Virus record (IMG/VR): IMGVR_UViG_2747842453_000003
Location: 32,001-96,000 of that record
Origin: a virus
Taxonomy: Duplodnaviria; Caudoviricetes
Length of the DNA stretch: 64,000 nt
Direction: 5' to 3' (one strand)
The position numbers were made by a program, and so were the translations under genes. The notes beneath the pieces were generated by a model. That model saw nothing but the letters and a program-made list of their open reading frames with translations. It was not told where the DNA came from and did no database searches. Shown one piece after another: positions 49,975 through 58,510 of the stretch (the stretch's first letter is position 1; every line of letters begins with the position of its first letter).

Positions 49975-51231
49975 TTATGATTTTTGTTTAACCTTCGCTT
50001 CTTCATCGAACACTAATATAGGTTCTTCATTTCCCAAAATAAATGCATCTGTAATATGTACAGATGAAAGTCCTTGTTCAGTTGCCAATCTAGGTAACGT
50101 AAACTGCAATTTCAAAAGTGATTTCTCAATAACACTTCTTAAACCACGAGCACCAGTATCATCAGTTTTTGCTTTTTTTGCAATCTGCTCAAGTGCAGAT
50201 TCAGCAATATTTAACTCTACGCCATCCAACATGAAAAGTTTCTTAAACTGTGCGATAATACTATTCTTTGGCTCAGTTAACACTTGTATTAGTTGGCTCT
50301 CAGTAAGTGAATCTAGTCCAACAATAATAGGAAACCTACCCATAAACTCTGGAATAACACCGTACTTGATTAAATCTTTTGATTCAACTTGCTCACGTAT
50401 ATTTATCTTATTCAATGTTTTATCATATACTTTGGCACCAAAACCAATACCAGAGTTACTAGTAATTCTTCGTTCAATAACTTTGTCGATTCCTACAAAT
50501 GCACCACCAACAACAAACAAAATTTTACTTGTGTCAACTTCAATCATTTCACTACCAGGATGCTTTCTACCACCACTAGGCTGAACACGGACTTTTGTAC
50601 CTTCTACGATTTTAAGCAATGCTTGTTGAACACCTTCACCACTCACATCTTTTGTGATCGAAACATTTTCGCCTTTTTTGGCTTTTTTATCTATTTCATC
50701 AATATAGACAATACCGTATTCTGCTTTTTGCACATCAAAATCTGCTGCTATAAGCAATTTTTGTACTACATTCTCGACATCATCTCCGACATATCCGCTT
50801 TCAGTTAATGAAGTTGCATCAACTTGTGCAAATGGAACATCAAGAAATCGTGCGATTGTTTGAGCAAGCAATGTTTTGCCAGTGCCTGAGGGACCTAAAA
50901 TCATTACATTTGATTTATCCAACTCTACGCCATCTGAATCGTCAGAATTAATACGCTTATAATGATTATATACCGCAACACTTAATACTTCTTTGGCTTC
51001 GTCTTGGCCAATAACGTAAGAATCAAGATATTCTTTAATATCCTCAGGACAGGGAAGTGAACTAGTACCTTCAGTTATTTCTGCAAAATTTTCTTTTGAG
51101 TCATGGATTATTTCATAACACAAATCAATACATTCATTACAAATGAATTGATTCGGTCCAGCAATTAGTGTCTTAACAACATCTTTTTCTTTATTGCAAA
51201 ATGAACAAGTATAATCTTTAGTATCAGTCAA
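49975..51231 (-). CDS. clpX: ATP-dependent Clp protease ATPase ClpX
   Basis: CSFC/CNEC zinc domain, [32 protein letters not shown] loop, TGARGLR. Confidence 0.97.
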   Translation of the reverse strand: MTDTKDYTCSFCNKEKDVVKTLIAGPNQFICNECIDLCYEIIHDSKENFAEITEGTSSLPCPEDIKEYLDSYVIGQDEAKEVLSVAVYNHYKRINSDDSDGVELDKSNVMILGPSGTGKTLLAQTIARFLDVPFAQVDATSLTESGYVGDDVENVVQKLLIAADFDVQKAEYGIVYIDEIDKKAKKGENVSITKDVSGEGVQQALLKIVEGTKVRVQPSGGRKHPGSEMIEVDTSKILFVVGGAFVGIDKVIERRITSNSGIGFGAKVYDKTLNKINIREQVESKDLIKYGVIPEFMGRFPIIVGLDSLTESQLIQVLTEPKNSIIAQFKKLFMLDGVELNIAESALEQIAKKAKTDDTGARGLRSVIEKSLLKLQFTLPRLATEQGLSSVHITDAFILGNEEPILVFDEEAKVKQKS

Positions 51232-51244
51232 GTAATCACCTATA

Positions 51245-52600
51245 TTATTTCTTGTCTAGCCAGCCATGTCGCTTTACTAAACTTGTATTTAATTTTCTAG
51301 TTATATCTTCTTTAGTTTCTTCTACACCAGTATCGTCTATATTAGAGGCAATGTCAAGTTTTTTTTTATCTTTTTTTGCAAAAAGTGCATCAAAAATTTC
51401 TTCTTGACTACTATCATTATCATTACGATTTTTAAAACTGTAGTTGGCAGCAATTAATAATAATACTGCTAAGGGATCAAAAACAAAAATGAATACAATT
51501 ATCAGCCAACGTACTGCATCATCGATTGTATTTCTTTCTGTATTACCATATACTAATTCAGCAATATACTTTATAGGTCCAACTTCTGCCTCTAAGACTC
51601 TAACTTCGGTTTCTAATTGAAACTTGTTATCCAATGAAGTGGAAATATTAGTTTCAGTTTCTTGTACAATATTACGCAATTCTAAAATTTTAGTTGTATT
51701 ATCTATTTCTGCAACACGGTCTAATTGTGAACGTAATCTAGTAATAGTTGTTTGTGACTTCTGCACATCACGATCCGCAATAGTACGAAGTCTTTTTATT
51801 TCAACTCTTGCCTGTTCAACTATTGATGTATCAATACTAGTACGAATATTTTCTACAATATTAACAAGTTTCTTTTTTTCTGCTTGTTGTGATATACGAA
51901 ACTGGTCTACTTTTTTTGCAGTTTGTGGTCCGTAGTTGCCATCCGTTTTTACTCCAACCAAGGCTTGTAATTTTTTTATTTCATCATTTACAACAAAAGA
52001 TTGTAAATTATCAAGTGTAGTATCTATATTGGCTATTTGTACCAAATATGATTTAACTTGATTATCTGTGCCATTCTGTTCATTTGAAATAATATCAAGT
52101 TGTTCATCTATTGCTGGTTGAACTCTAGCATATGCTTGATCCATACGATTTTGTTCTGCATCTATTTGTGATTGTATTTCATCTGTATTATTTGTATTTT
52201 GTGTTTCTAATTTTGAAATCTTAATCTCAGACCGTTTTATTGTATCTTCATAACGAATTATATCATTCTCTATACGTTCAATACGTGCTTGTGATTGTAA
52301 GCCTTCACTTGCCTGTTCTAAATGGGCACGTGATAGAAAGCCAAAAATGCCCATCGATGTGATGAACATTAGCACAACTACTGCAAATGTAAGATAAGAT
52401 TTTAATAGAAAGGGCGCTTTTCGCCAATTTCTGTAGACCCAAGATGCAGCAACTAACTTGCCTATTTCTAAAGATCCAGCCATTAATGCAACTGGTAGTG
52501 CAGATGCGGCAAATATTGCCATCAATCCAGCAACTGAAAACCATGCAGCAACCGCTGCAATAATTAGGGCTACTGAGAACACCAAAAGTGAAAAAACCAT
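51245..52600 (-). CDS. membrane protein with long coiled coil and PG-binding-like motif
   Basis: N-terminal TMs, coiled coil, [18 protein letters not shown]-terminal [11 protein letters not shown]. Confidence 0.7.
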   Translation of the reverse strand: MVFSLLVFSVALIIAAVAAWFSVAGLMAIFAASALPVALMAGSLEIGKLVAASWVYRNWRKAPFLLKSYLTFAVVVLMFITSMGIFGFLSRAHLEQASEGLQSQARIERIENDIIRYEDTIKRSEIKISKLETQNTNNTDEIQSQIDAEQNRMDQAYARVQPAIDEQLDIISNEQNGTDNQVKSYLVQIANIDTTLDNLQSFVVNDEIKKLQALVGVKTDGNYGPQTAKKVDQFRISQQAEKKKLVNIVENIRTSIDTSIVEQARVEIKRLRTIADRDVQKSQTTITRLRSQLDRVAEIDNTTKILELRNIVQETETNISTSLDNKFQLETEVRVLEAEVGPIKYIAELVYGNTERNTIDDAVRWLIIVFIFVFDPLAVLLLIAANYSFKNRNDNDSSQEEIFDALFAKKDKKKLDIASNIDDTGVEETKEDITRKLNTSLVKRHGWLDKK

Positions 52601-52664
52601 TTTACTCTCCTATGGATAATTACAGCCCTCTTCATCTGTATTTATCATTTTAGGAGAGTAAAAT
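52599..52664 (-). promoter_or_regulatory. RBS-sequestering hairpin containing a late-type promoter element
   Basis: 14-bp perfect inverted repeat 52599-52612 / 52651-52664 covering SD and AU of AUG; GATAAATAC at 52638-52646. Confidence 0.7.
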
Positions 52665-52676
52665 TATATTTATATA

Positions 52677-53180
52677 TTACATATTGACATTGAGTGTTAC
52701 GGTACTGCCTATTTTGTACCAATTCTGAGTGTATAGTTGAATAACTTGTCCACTCACATCAAGTGTAACCATATTTGCACCACGAACTTTAATTACTTTA
52801 TCCGTATATACTGAACGGCATTTTTCTTCTTGACGATAACCTACAATGACTGTTTGTTGTTTGCCGTTTTTATTAACCTTGTCAGCACCAACAATAGCAC
52901 CTAGAACCGTCATTGCATCTTTGCCTTTGCCACCACCGAATTGATTACCAATTACACCGCCAATGATTGCACCCACAAGGGCGTCACCAGAACTTGCTTC
53001 ACCTGTCCGGCGAGTTTCATAGATTGGTACATCTACTACACCACATGTACGTACTGGAACAGATTGAACACTGTCTCGGTATGTTTCTTTCATGCCAACA
53101 ACTGTTCCTTTAATTTGGTCAGCATATGAAGCCGATGCAGTCATTAGTAGTGCCGCGGTAATTGCGATTATATTTTTCAT
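52677..53180 (-). CDS. glycine-zipper 2TM exported protein
   Basis: Signal peptide; GAIIGGVIGNQFGGGKGKDAMTVLGAIVG. Confidence 0.85.
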   Translation of the reverse strand: MKNIIAITAALLMTASASYADQIKGTVVGMKETYRDSVQSVPVRTCGVVDVPIYETRRTGEASSGDALVGAIIGGVIGNQFGGGKGKDAMTVLGAIVGADKVNKNGKQQTVIVGYRQEEKCRSVYTDKVIKVRGANMVTLDVSGQVIQLYTQNWYKIGSTVTLNVNM

Positions 53181-53272
53181 TGAGTAAGTCCTTTTATAAT
53201 ATTTTCAAGTTTTTCTACTCGTTCTTCAAGTAGAATAATTTTTCTTTCTAGTGATTGAGAATTATTCATCAA

Positions 53273-53659
53273 TTAAGATCCTGTAACAAGTTCAAGTGTG
53301 CCGTCTTCACCAAACTCAAAATCTTCGATATAAGAATGATGTGTGCCACTTTGTTTAATGCATGATTCTGCTGCAGCCCACAATGCCTTGATTGAGCCAT
53401 TTACGGCAAGAGAACTAACTTGCATCATTGTGTTGTTAGTACCGTTACGCAAATCTGCGTTAATTTCTTCAACAGTTGCATCAGGACGAACAGACTCATA
53501 AGTTACTTTACGAACTTTATTAGAGAACAATTCAAACTCAGGACCCTTTGTGCCGAATTCATACATACTCCAAACAGTTGACATACCCAACTCTTGCTGC
53601 ATTTCATCAAAGTGGTTCATTGAAACTGTGAATTCATCGTATTGCGCTTGATTTGTCAT
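53273..53659 (-). CDS. phage hypothetical protein
   Basis: 128 aa, GAGG SD. Confidence 0.75.
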   Translation of the reverse strand: MTNQAQYDEFTVSMNHFDEMQQELGMSTVWSMYEFGTKGPEFELFSNKVRKVTYESVRPDATVEEINADLRNGTNNTMMQVSSLAVNGSIKALWAAAESCIKQSGTHHSYIEDFEFGEDGTLELVTGS

Positions 53660-53690
53660 ACTATATTTCCTCTTTACTGTCTATACTTAC

Positions 53691-53719
53691 TTTATATAGT
53701 GATTCGTTCAGAATGTCAA
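53691..53719 (-). promoter_or_regulatory. sigma70 promoter, CGAATCAC class (copy 5)
   Basis: TTGACA TTCTGAACGAATCACTA TATAAA. Confidence 0.85.
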
Positions 53720-53727
53720 CCTTTTTA

Positions 53728-54006
53728 TTATGCTGCCGATAACATTTCTGCAGGAACTTTCCAGTTCATATGTCCTACTTGTACGTGAATATAACGACGG
53801 TTTACTTTACTGATAACACCAGTTTCAACCATCTTACTACGACTAGTGAATTTAACACTATCACCGACAACGAATGACCGAACTTTTTGATTAGCCAAGA
53901 ACGTGCGCTGTAGTTGAACACGACTAGCGATTTCGTTCAATTGATCATAGTCGGCTTTTCCTACTAGTGCAAGAATTGTTTCCATTTCAGTTATTGACAG
54001 TTTCAT
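53728..54006 (-). CDS. phage hypothetical protein (SH3-like C-terminus)
   Basis: FVVGDSVKF...GVISKVNR...WKVP. Confidence 0.75.
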   Translation of the reverse strand: MKLSITEMETILALVGKADYDQLNEIASRVQLQRTFLANQKVRSFVVGDSVKFTSRSKMVETGVISKVNRRYIHVQVGHMNWKVPAEMLSAA

Positions 54007-54039
54007 AATAAATCCTCTTTCTCTCTAACTTATACACTC

Positions 54040-54068
54040 TTTATATAGTGATTCGTTTAGAATGTCAA
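54040..54068 (-). promoter_or_regulatory. sigma70 promoter, CGAATCAC class (copy 6)
   Basis: TTGACA TTCTAAACGAATCACTA TATAAA. Confidence 0.85.
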
Positions 54069-54129
54069 GAAAAAAAAGCAATAAAGAATTCTGCGTTTTC
54101 AATAAATTAGAAATTAATTGGTGCACATC

Positions 54130-54468
54130 CTAATCATACTGGTCCAATAAATGTGTTTTATCCTCAGTATATCCTTTGGCAGGATTACGTTCATCAGCGC
54201 CATCTAGTGGTTCTTTTTGGTCTACAATTACTTCCCATTGTTCAGACCATTTAGCATTAATATCATATAATCGTTGTGTGAATAGAGGATCGGTATCTGC
54301 TATAATTGCATCTGCTGGACATTCAGGTTCACAAACGCCACAATCTATACATTCATCTGGATTGATTACCAGCATTTCTTCACCTTCGTAGAAACAGTCC
54401 ACTGGACATACTTCTACACAATCAGTATATTTGCATTTAATACAATCCTGTGTTACTACATATGTCAT
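54130..54468 (-). CDS. fdxA: 7Fe/8Fe ferredoxin (FdxA type)
   Basis: [26 protein letters not shown]...[12 protein letters not shown]. Confidence 0.93.
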   Translation of the reverse strand: MTYVVTQDCIKCKYTDCVEVCPVDCFYEGEEMLVINPDECIDCGVCEPECPADAIIADTDPLFTQRLYDINAKWSEQWEVIVDQKEPLDGADERNPAKGYTEDKTHLLDQYD

Positions 54469-54737
54469 TTTTGTTCACCGTTAATAATATCGTCTAATGC
54501 ACTAAGTGTCACAGTGTAATGTAAGTTGCCATCGCCCCATATTTCACATTGTTCTTTTCCCGCTACATCAGCAAGTTCTTTACTACTATATACTCCAAGG
54601 AATTTATTAACACTAGAATTGTTATTTTTATTATATGTATGGACTACATAGATATTTGTGGTTGTATTCATTTCTTCTCTATCTTCTCTACTGCGGCGTA
54701 GTATGTAATTATGGTATCTCTCTTGTTGGTCAATCAT
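54465..54737 (-). CDS. hypothetical protein
   Basis: 90 aa. Confidence 0.55.
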   Translation of the reverse strand: MIDQQERYHNYILRRSREDREEMNTTTNIYVVHTYNKNNNSSVNKFLGVYSSKELADVAGKEQCEIWGDGNLHYTVTLSALDDIINGEQK

Positions 54738-54796
54738 TTTCTATTGCCTAATATAAATCACTTCACTTTCTATAGTAATCGAAAAAATACATATTG

Positions 54797-55021
54797 TCAA
54801 GTACTTTTATCAATCAGCCATAATTTGCTGCAATAATAACATACTGCCCATGGTTTACTATATGTTATATTGATAGAAAATAATGGATGGTCATTGTTAT
54901 CACAGTATCCACTCCATTCGTCTGTTAATAGTACTTTTTCTTTTTTTTCTATCAAATCTGCCTGTCTTATATTTTTCTGTTCTTGTTCTACTTGACTCAA
55001 ATTAAATCTTTTTTTTCGCAT
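54797..55021 (-). CDS. zf-CHCC-like zinc-finger protein
   Basis: CD...HP...CYYC spacing. Confidence 0.6.
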   Translation of the reverse strand: MRKKRFNLSQVEQEQKNIRQADLIEKKEKVLLTDEWSGYCDNNDHPLFSINITYSKPWAVCYYCSKLWLIDKST

Positions 55022-55022
55022 C

Positions 55023-55415
55023 TTACTCTAAACTTCCGTCTTCTCTCATTTGTTTTCTAATTTGGGTGGCACTAATATCATGTATATCTGTTCCTAAATC
55101 GTGTTCTGTAAATGTGTATCCCACCCCTCTGCCATAACTTATATCAATGATATTTGGTACTTTAGCAACTTCATAGTCATGATGTAATTTATATCCATAC
55201 TTCTCTAATGCAGATATGATATTAGTTCTTACATCATAGTAGTCCCACGGATTATCGTCTTGGCCTGGTCCAGAATTTTCACCTTGTACATCCCTACACA
55301 TAATAATAACTTGTCCAGTCAATTTAATTGATTGTTTGAATAATTCAGTATGCCCTTCGTGCCATGGTTGCCATCTACCCAGCATTTGTACAGTTGGTGA
55401 TTTAAAACTAAACAT
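55023..55415 (-). CDS. nucleotidyltransferase (HxGH) domain protein
   Basis: LGRWQPWHEGH, YGRGVGY, ISATQIR. Confidence 0.85.
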   Translation of the reverse strand: MFSFKSPTVQMLGRWQPWHEGHTELFKQSIKLTGQVIIMCRDVQGENSGPGQDDNPWDYYDVRTNIISALEKYGYKLHHDYEVAKVPNIIDISYGRGVGYTFTEHDLGTDIHDISATQIRKQMREDGSLE

Positions 55416-55423
55416 TATTATAA

Positions 55424-55482
55424 TTTCCTCTTTAGAATCTTTGAGTCCGCACTACTAACACAACTCTTACTTATACATGGCA
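55424..55482. repeat. 59-bp direct repeat copy (1 mismatch) of the radical SAM gene 3' end at 56136-56194
   Basis: TTTCCTCTTT(A/G)GAATCTTTGAGTCCGCACTACTAACACAACTCTTACTTATACATGGCA. Confidence 0.95.
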
Positions 55483-55495
55483 AACGCAATTTTAT

Positions 55496-56110
55496 TCATT
55501 TATAATATCTCACATCGATAACTTCTTTTGTAAATGATGCGTACACATCATCTTTGTTTACATGATGTATTTTTCTATCTAAATTTGGGTTGTTGTGTCC
55601 AACTCCTAGTAATACCGATATATTGTCTGAATTTAATATTTCACTTACTACATCACTACTAAAACATTGGCAATATCCTGTATAGTATCCTAACATATGT
55701 GCTGTTAAGTTTAAATATCCAGTAGCAATATTCATTGCTATATGCGAATCTCTAATTATCAGATCATTATTTTTATTTTCTCTTCTCTCATTATGAGATT
55801 TGCTGTTATCACTAGGATCTATAATTTCAAATGCAAATAAGACATTTGCTAGACACTGACTATTTGTTAACATTTTATCGTCTGCCGTCATATATCCACT
55901 TGTAGAATCATGTATGGCCTCGATAATCAAACGATCAGTAATAACATGAACACGATAATATGCAAAATTTTGCTTGCTTGGACACTGCGTTGCCGCATGG
56001 ATCATCAAATCTAAATCTTCTTGCGAGACAGATTTAGACAAATCCCAATTGCGTTGACAATGTTGGCTTGTATCTATGCTAGTTTTAATATGTTCATGTA
56101 GCAATGTCAT
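55496..56110 (-). CDS. nitroreductase family protein
   Basis: SQHCQRNWD, PSKQN, AHMLGYYTGYCQCF, LLGVG; start reassigned to ATG 56110. Confidence 0.75.
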   Translation of the reverse strand: MTLLHEHIKTSIDTSQHCQRNWDLSKSVSQEDLDLMIHAATQCPSKQNFAYYRVHVITDRLIIEAIHDSTSGYMTADDKMLTNSQCLANVLFAFEIIDPSDNSKSHNERRENKNNDLIIRDSHIAMNIATGYLNLTAHMLGYYTGYCQCFSSDVVSEILNSDNISVLLGVGHNNPNLDRKIHHVNKDDVYASFTKEVIDVRYYK

Positions 56111-56144
56111 AATACTTTCCTCTTTGTCATAATACTTTCCTCTT
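56105..56144. repeat. 20-bp perfect tandem duplication of RBS plus start codon
   Basis: TGTCATAATACTTTCCTCTT x2. Confidence 0.9.
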
Positions 56145-57254
56145 TGGAATCTTTGAGTCCGCACTACTAACACAACTCTTACTTATACATGGCATTGGTT
56201 TGTCAAATAGTTTAAATCCACTTTCGATATATCCCAATGGCTGGTCTGCACAACTATAACTACGTTTTATACTACCGTCTGGTTCACGTATTATTATACC
56301 TTGATACCCACTGTTACAACTCCAGCCTTCAAAGTTATTAAAATTAAACGCATTGAAACGCTCGGCCTGATCCATATACCATTTCTTACCGTTTGAGTCT
56401 GTAAACTCTACTTGCATATGCCAAGGTACACTTTTATCATTTTGACCAATTGCATACTCTGGAACTTGAAAGTTGGGTTTTGGTCTATCATTCCATTTAC
56501 GTTTTACCTCAGTATACGCAAGTTGTGGCATACCATTCCACAATCTTTTCATCTGTTCTTCTGTATACCCATCAACTACACGACTTGCAGTGGGATCCGA
56601 TTGTGGCTTCAATGTTACATTAATACCTTGTTCATGAAAAAATAATGCATTATCCCAATCACGTTCAAACCAGTCCGGGACCATAACCATGTTCACTGTA
56701 ATTTGTACATCATTTTCTTGACACAATATAAGTTTATCTGCAAACTCTTGCATCTTATCTCTTGTATTAAGATGCTCAGTATGTAAACTAGCAGTGATAC
56801 TTGCACGATGAAATGGTTTAACTCGCTCTACATAATCCTCATGCCATTTAACATTACGTGACATATTAGTTGTCATATGGACACTTGTGTAGTTAGTATT
56901 TGATACATCATCTGCAAGATGACTCAAAATGTCCAAGTAGCCAGGATGGAAAGTAGGTTCTCCACCAGATAACGAGAAGTGAAAACTATTAAATCCGTTT
57001 TCACGTGCCTGTCTCTTTATTTCATCTATTGTCCGTAAACATAATTCTGTAGGACGATGGTCTTTACGGTCACTACGGGCATAAGGCCAACAGTAGGAGC
57101 ATTTGTAATTACAGAATCTTCCGAGGAGCCAACTAACAGTGAATAGATCACGATACAGCAAGGTACGCTGACCGACACTAACAATGTCATCAAAGGGTAT
57201 TTTAGTAAAGTCATAATTACTCCATTTTAAATCTTCGCTCATACCATTTCCCAT
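56127..57254 (-). CDS. radical SAM protein with Cys-rich C-terminus
   Basis: CNYKCSYC, SGGEPT, TN; C-terminal C...SYSC...PCISKSC. Confidence 0.9.
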   Translation of the reverse strand: MGNGMSEDLKWSNYDFTKIPFDDIVSVGQRTLLYRDLFTVSWLLGRFCNYKCSYCWPYARSDRKDHRPTELCLRTIDEIKRQARENGFNSFHFSLSGGEPTFHPGYLDILSHLADDVSNTNYTSVHMTTNMSRNVKWHEDYVERVKPFHRASITASLHTEHLNTRDKMQEFADKLILCQENDVQITVNMVMVPDWFERDWDNALFFHEQGINVTLKPQSDPTASRVVDGYTEEQMKRLWNGMPQLAYTEVKRKWNDRPKPNFQVPEYAIGQNDKSVPWHMQVEFTDSNGKKWYMDQAERFNAFNFNNFEGWSCNSGYQGIIIREPDGSIKRSYSCADQPLGYIESGFKLFDKPMPCISKSCVSSADSKIPKRKVL

Positions 57255-57278
57255 TTTTTATATCTAACATTAATAATA

Positions 57279-57719
57279 CTATTCATTTACTCTTTGTTCT
57301 TCATGCCATTTACTGTATCTGTCTACTGCAAGCATAAGTGTATTATGGGTATCATCAAACCAATCTTGAACACGATAGTCTATATTAATTGGTGGTTGAA
57401 ATATTTGATTGGTATCATCATATATACTTTCTTTGATAGTATCCATCCATACTACAAAATCTGCATCAAAGGCTTTTCTATTTTCATTCATTGGACAGAT
57501 AAAGTCAGCAACAACAATTTTACCTGTCATTTCAATTCCATCTGCTAAATGGCGCATACGTTGTGCTTGTCGTGCCCGCCCTTGTATACTAAAGTCCCAA
57601 TCATCGTACTTTGTTCGTACAAAATCTGCATTCAGCCATACCCCATTAATTAGTCTCGTAAAGGGTTCAGCCAACGTTGATTTGCCACTTCCCGGCAATC
57701 CACAAATTAATATTTTCAT
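57279..57719 (-). CDS. adenylyl-sulfate kinase (CysC)-like P-loop kinase
   Basis: GLPGSGKSTLA, NADFVR, FSIQGRARQ, ADFICP. Confidence 0.8.
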   Translation of the reverse strand: MKILICGLPGSGKSTLAEPFTRLINGVWLNADFVRTKYDDWDFSIQGRARQAQRMRHLADGIEMTGKIVVADFICPMNENRKAFDADFVVWMDTIKESIYDDTNQIFQPPINIDYRVQDWFDDTHNTLMLAVDRYSKWHEEQRVNE

Positions 57720-57744
57720 ATGTTATTATATCCAAAAAAGTAAA

Positions 57745-57769
57745 ATGGTCTGAACAATGTTCAGACCAT
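57745..57769 (-). terminator. intrinsic terminator
   Basis: ATGGTCTGAACA/TGTTCAGACCAT inverted repeat followed by TTTACTTTTTT. Confidence 0.8.
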
Positions 57770-57775
57770 CATTTA

Positions 57776-58126
57776 TTATTTTCCTTTGTTTACGAAATTG
57801 TAAAATTGTTGCGCTGCTTCAAGAATTTGTTCTGTTCCTGGAACTTCTGGCATTTCTACCTTTGTCACAACTTCATCGTGCTCTTTTCGAACAGATGTTT
57901 CAAACATGCCATATTTTGCATAATAGTCTTGCCACATTTGTGATTGTGCCATTTCTAATACTTGAGTACGAATTTCATAACCATTTTTATTAAAAGTTAC
58001 TTTAGGAAGTGAAGGAGGTGTCATTTTCTGAAATGCTTCTGTAAATGCCTCTGGTTTCATTCCTGTGTTTTTGTATAAATCGCTGAATTTTTCAGCCATT
58101 TCTGTCATTTGTTTAATATCGAACAT
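57776..58126 (-). CDS. phage hypothetical protein downstream of tmRNA
   Basis: KNGYEIRTQVLEMA; CA-rich leader and AAGGA SD. Confidence 0.8.
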   Translation of the reverse strand: MFDIKQMTEMAEKFSDLYKNTGMKPEAFTEAFQKMTPPSLPKVTFNKNGYEIRTQVLEMAQSQMWQDYYAKYGMFETSVRKEHDEVVTKVEMPEVPGTEQILEAAQQFYNFVNKGK

Positions 58127-58160
58127 ATTGTTTTCCTTTGTGTTTATGTGTGTGTGTAGT

Positions 58161-58510
58161 GTAACTATTCTGTTGCTAGGTCAGTTACCAACCCCCACGT
58201 GCTTAAATTAAGCCGCTAATGCCATTTCTGGCGCATAATTTGCGTTTGCAATTATAAAGTTTGTTCGCGGTAACGGCGCTTACATCCCGGTAACTCCACT
58301 CTGCTATCCCGTCAGTCGATCCTTGTTCTACCCCATCAAAAACACTTCTAATAAACTGCCAAATAATATAATTACCAAACCATATTGCGCAAATCTTAAC
58401 AACAAATATGTAATTATATCACTCATTTCATTCTCCAAGTGTTTATGGTGGAGTAGCCCGGTACTGCCCCGGGGTCCTGTCCGTATTCACTTCACTTCAA
58501 CGTTACATTC
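58161..58510 (-). ncRNA. ssrA: circularly permuted (two-piece) tmRNA, alphaproteobacterial type; tag ANANYAPEMALAA at 58208-58249
   Basis: Acceptor piece ends CCCGG-GGCAGTA-CCGGG-CTACTCC-A-CCA at 58446; coding piece starts GGGGTAG at 58334 (G3-U wobble); outer ends approximate. Confidence 0.93.
58328..58426 (-). CDS. 32-aa hydrophobic peptide in the tmRNA intervening segment
   Basis: GGAG-6nt-ATG; MSDIITYLLLRFAQYGLVIILFGSLLEVFLMG*; TAG inside the acceptor stem. Confidence 0.55.
   Translation of the reverse strand: MSDIITYLLLRFAQYGLVIILFGSLLEVFLMG

Noticed and set aside
49856-50808. 242-aa and 139-aa plus-strand ORFs
   Set aside because: Antisense to clpX/infC.
55424-56194. Repeat pair as a DGR template/variable region or CRISPR unit
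   Set aside because: Only one mismatch, no reverse transcriptase in the window, and only two copies 712 bp apart.
58140-58160. (TG)n microsatellite as a phase-variation tract
   Set aside because: Short and imperfect; better explained as a CA-rich unstructured leader before the RBS of 57776-58126.
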